A stretch of 64,000 nucleotides of DNA, from the NCBI GenBank assembly GCA_043228905.1, contig JBHGNT010000003.1:6944001-7008000 (forward strand), read 5' to 3'. This document shows, piece after piece, positions 60,901 through 64,000 of the stretch. Within the stretch, counting starts at the first letter, position 1, and each line of letters starts with the position of its first letter. A model generated the notes under the pieces. It ran no database searches and was not told the origin of the DNA. It saw nothing but the letters and a program-made list of their open reading frames with translations. The DNA comes from Azolla caroliniana (taxonomy: Eukaryota > Plantae > Polypodiophyta). Both the position numbers and the translations under genes were made by a program.

Positions 60901-63205
60901 TTCCACTCTCGCGTGGAGTTCTTTGGAGATGGACAACACTTGGTCCTTTGTCTTCAACGGTGCCGTCCACAGCTTCCGGCTGTGATCATCAATGAATGTC
61001 ACGAAGTACTGGGCTCCGCCATGTGACTTCGTTTCTACCTGACACACATCAGTGTGCACCAACTCCAATGGTGCGCTACGTCTCGTCGGTGGCCTTGAAT
61101 GGAAGGAGGTTCGGTTCTGCTTACCGGCCAGGCAGTCGGTGCACTTCTCCAGGTGCACATGCTTCACTGGAATAAGGTTGTCTTCTGCAAGCCTCTTCAT
61201 CCCCTTCTCACTCATGTGGCACAGTCTTTTGTGCCACAGCTCACCGGCAGTGTCGGCTGCCACATTCAGCTCTTCCGGACATAACCGGGCATTCATCAGG
61301 TACAGTGTGTTGACTTTCCGGGCCCGAGCCACTATCAGGCTCCCCTTGCTGAACTTCATTACGCCGTTCCGGATGCTACCTGTGTAGCCTTCATCGTCTA
61401 GCCTCCCGGCCGAAATCAGGTTCAATCGAACCTCCGGAACGTGTCGGACATCCTTCAGCAGCATTTTGCATCCGGTCGGGGTTGTCAACCACACGTCTCC
61501 TATGCCGGCAATCCGGCACGTACCTTCATTTCCCATCCGAACACAGCCATGCTCACCGGCTGTGTAGGATGAGAAGTATCTTCTCTCCGGGGTCAGGTGG
61601 AACGATGCTCCGGAATCGACCACCCAGGTCGTCTCATCGCCGGCAATGTTTAGTTCACCTTCTTCGGTGATGAGCATGATTTCTTCCTCACTTGCCGCGA
61701 GTGCCGTCGTTCCTTTCCGGTCCTGCCCTCGCCGATCCGAACCATTCCGGTCCGTGGCTCCCCGGTAAGCCCGTTTCATTCCGAAGACTTCTTCGAATCG
61801 GTGTCGTCGGCTCCGTTGTCTTTTCGGTAATGCCGACAATTCTTTCGGAAGTGCCCCGGCTTCCCACAGTGGAAGCATGTGGGTCTTCCTCTTGACTGCG
61901 ACCGGGTCCCCGACTTCTCCCGTCTTTGCGGACTCCGGTTCCCTTGTCTTCCCCGTTCCGATTCGGTAAGCAGCGCCTTCGAGTCGGAGGCCGGTTCTTT
62001 ATCTCTCCGACGCGCTTCTTCGTTCAAAATACTTGTCTTTACCGTTTGTAGGGACAAGTTATCTTCGGTGCAGGAGGTGCTGAGAGTCACCACCAAGTTC
62101 TCCCAGCTTTCCGGCAATGTACACATCAGAATGATGGCTTGCATTGCATCCTCCAGCGGGAACTTGATCGCCGCAAGCTGGTTCACGAATCCCATGAACG
62201 TGCTTACGTGTTCCACCATACTCTCGCCGTCCCGGTACTTGAGGTTCACTATCTTCCTCATCAGGGAGGTCCGGTTCAACGCATTCTTCCTCTCGTAGAG
62301 GCCCGACAGCTTCCGCCACATCTCATATGCGTTGGTGTCGTTCGCCACATGTTGTAGAACGCTCACGTCTACGTATTGCCGAATGGTTGCAACGGCTTTC
62401 CGGTTCAGAAGCCTCCATTCCGACTCAAGTACTCCCTTCGGTATTTCCGACCTGTCAATCGGTTCGTACAGGTCCCGAACAATCAGAAGATCCTCCATCT
62501 TGATCTTCCAGTCGGCGTAATTCTGCGCATTCAGCACCATCATCCCCGGCTGCCCGCTGCCGCCGCCTTCCATTTTCTGCAGCAGTTCGCTCTGATACCA
62601 AATTGATGGAAATCAATCGACACTTTCCAAACTTCACCTCTCGGCCACAACCAAGGAAACACACGAATCGTTGTTGCAGAAAATGGGAAATGCGAAAAAT
62701 AGAGTGGACACACGATTTAACGTGGAAAACCCTGTACGGGAAAAACCACGGGAGTACAAGACTCCAAACCAAAACTATGCACATAGAAATATACAATGGC
62801 GAGCTTCAAGGCGACGACCTTGAGCTCGCTGTCCTCGCCACAGGCGGCGGAAATACACAGAGGCGTCGACCTCTTTCTCATTCACGCTCTATCTCTCTCA
62901 CGGCTGCTCTCTCTTCACTCCTCTTGAGTGGAAAAAATAGAAAAATGAGAAGCAACATAAAACTGTTTGCCCTAAGTCATATTTATACACATATGACTTT
63001 GGGGCTATTTACAACTATAGCCTCAAGGGCCCTTGGCAAACATATTCACGGATATGTCCCCGCATCCGGATCTCTCTCCGGGTACATTCGTCATCCGGCT
63101 CCGAAGCCGGGGTCTTCATCATCCGGTTCCGAAACCGAAACCAGGCTTGTCGGCATTCATCTCTGACATCCGACCATCCCATCCGAAGGGACCGTAATCC
63201 CAACA
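57943..63205 (-). mobile_element. Full-length Ty1/Copia element J (B family) inserted antisense into I; small deletions and frameshifts
   Basis: 602-bp LTRs at 57943-58544 and 62604-63205 (about 4 substitutions). TSD GATTC. PBS at 62589-62600. Its 3' end also appears at 56306-57027. Confidence 0.94.
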
Positions 63206-64000
63206 GATTCGAGAAGAAAGGGAAGGAGCACCTAGTATGCCGGTTGAAGAAGAGCCTTTACAGACTGAAGCAGGCTCCCCGGCAATGGTACCGGAAGTTC
63301 GACTCTTTCATGACCGACGAAGGGTACCACAAAACGCAGTCCGATCACTGCGTGTTTGTGAAGAAGTTCGAAGGAGGAGACTTTCTAATACTCCTCCTGT
63401 ACGTGGACGACATGTTGATCGTCGGACGGGACCAGGTCAAGATACGGATGCTGAAGAAAGCGCTTCACCGAACCTTCTCAATGAAGGACCTGGGTCCGGC
63501 GAGGCAAATACTAGGGATGCACATCATCCAGGACCGGAGCAAGAAGCAGTTGTGGCTGTCACAGGAGAAGTACGTGACAAAGGTGCTTCACCGGTTCAAC
63601 ATGTCGGAAGCAAGACCGGTCGGGTCAACCCTCCCGGCAAACTGCAAGTTGTCCAGCAAGCAAAGCCCCAAGACAAAGGCTGAGAAGGAGGACATGATGA
63701 AAGTACCATATGCCTCTGCCGTCGGAAGCTTGATGTACGCAATGGTGTGTACAAGACCGGACATAGGATATGCAGTCGGAGTGGTGAGCCGGTACATGAG
63801 CAATCCCGGCAAAGAGCACTGGAACGCGGCCAAGTGGATACTCCGATACCTGAAGGGCACGGCAAACGTGTCCCTCCGATTCGGCTCCGGTAAGCCCGAA
63901 CTCGACGGCTTTACCGATTCGGATATGTCGGCTGATGCAGATACCAGCCGGTCCACATCAGGGTATGTGATGACGTATGCAGGGGGAGCTGTTTCGTGGC

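Larger units (their letters stand above)
52729..64000 (+). mobile_element. Ty1/Copia element I (B family), with frameshifts and a stop; runs off the window and contains nested J
   Basis: 5' LTR at 52729-53364; PBS TGGTATCAGAGC at 53368-53379; ATG at 53396. Frameshifts near 53500 and 55070 and a stop near 55328. Resumes at 63211. Confidence 0.94.

Noticed and set aside
56306-63205. Three-LTR tandem Copia structure
   Set aside because: The third LTR lies in the duplicated segment next to the 100-N gap and is probably an assembly artefact.

Overview
Land-plant nuclear DNA, most likely from a fern or other seed-free plant (inferred from the PLS-type PPR relic and the retroelement families). The only apparently intact host gene is a 3-exon GPI-anchored lipid-transfer protein (LTPG, minus strand, 3984-6288). 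From about 10.7 kb onward the window is a deeply nested transposon cluster, and many junctions are resolved by target-site duplications (TSDs). It holds several Copia elements (one intact and very young, 16475-21826) and a family of Ylt1-like Gypsy elements and solo LTRs with a tRNA-Trp primer site and 4-bp CpG-centred TSDs. It also holds an animal-like Gypsy with a tRNA-Ala primer site and a -1 frameshift signal, a PPR pseudogene split by a Copia, and one end of a TIR DNA transposon. The most notable hidden signals are three. (1) A spliced, decayed beta-class N4C/N6A DNA amino-methyltransferase gene (about 25.09-31.87 kb), split by a Gypsy in its intron and possibly cargo of the adjacent DNA transposon. 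(2) A tRNA-like A-box/B-box module with exactly conserved 32-nt spacing inside U3 of three diverged LTRs. (3) Apparent CpG target specificity of the Trp-primed family. The 100-N gap at 57028-57127 is flanked by a probable artefactual 1.5-kb duplication. All alignments were done by eye and no database searches were run.
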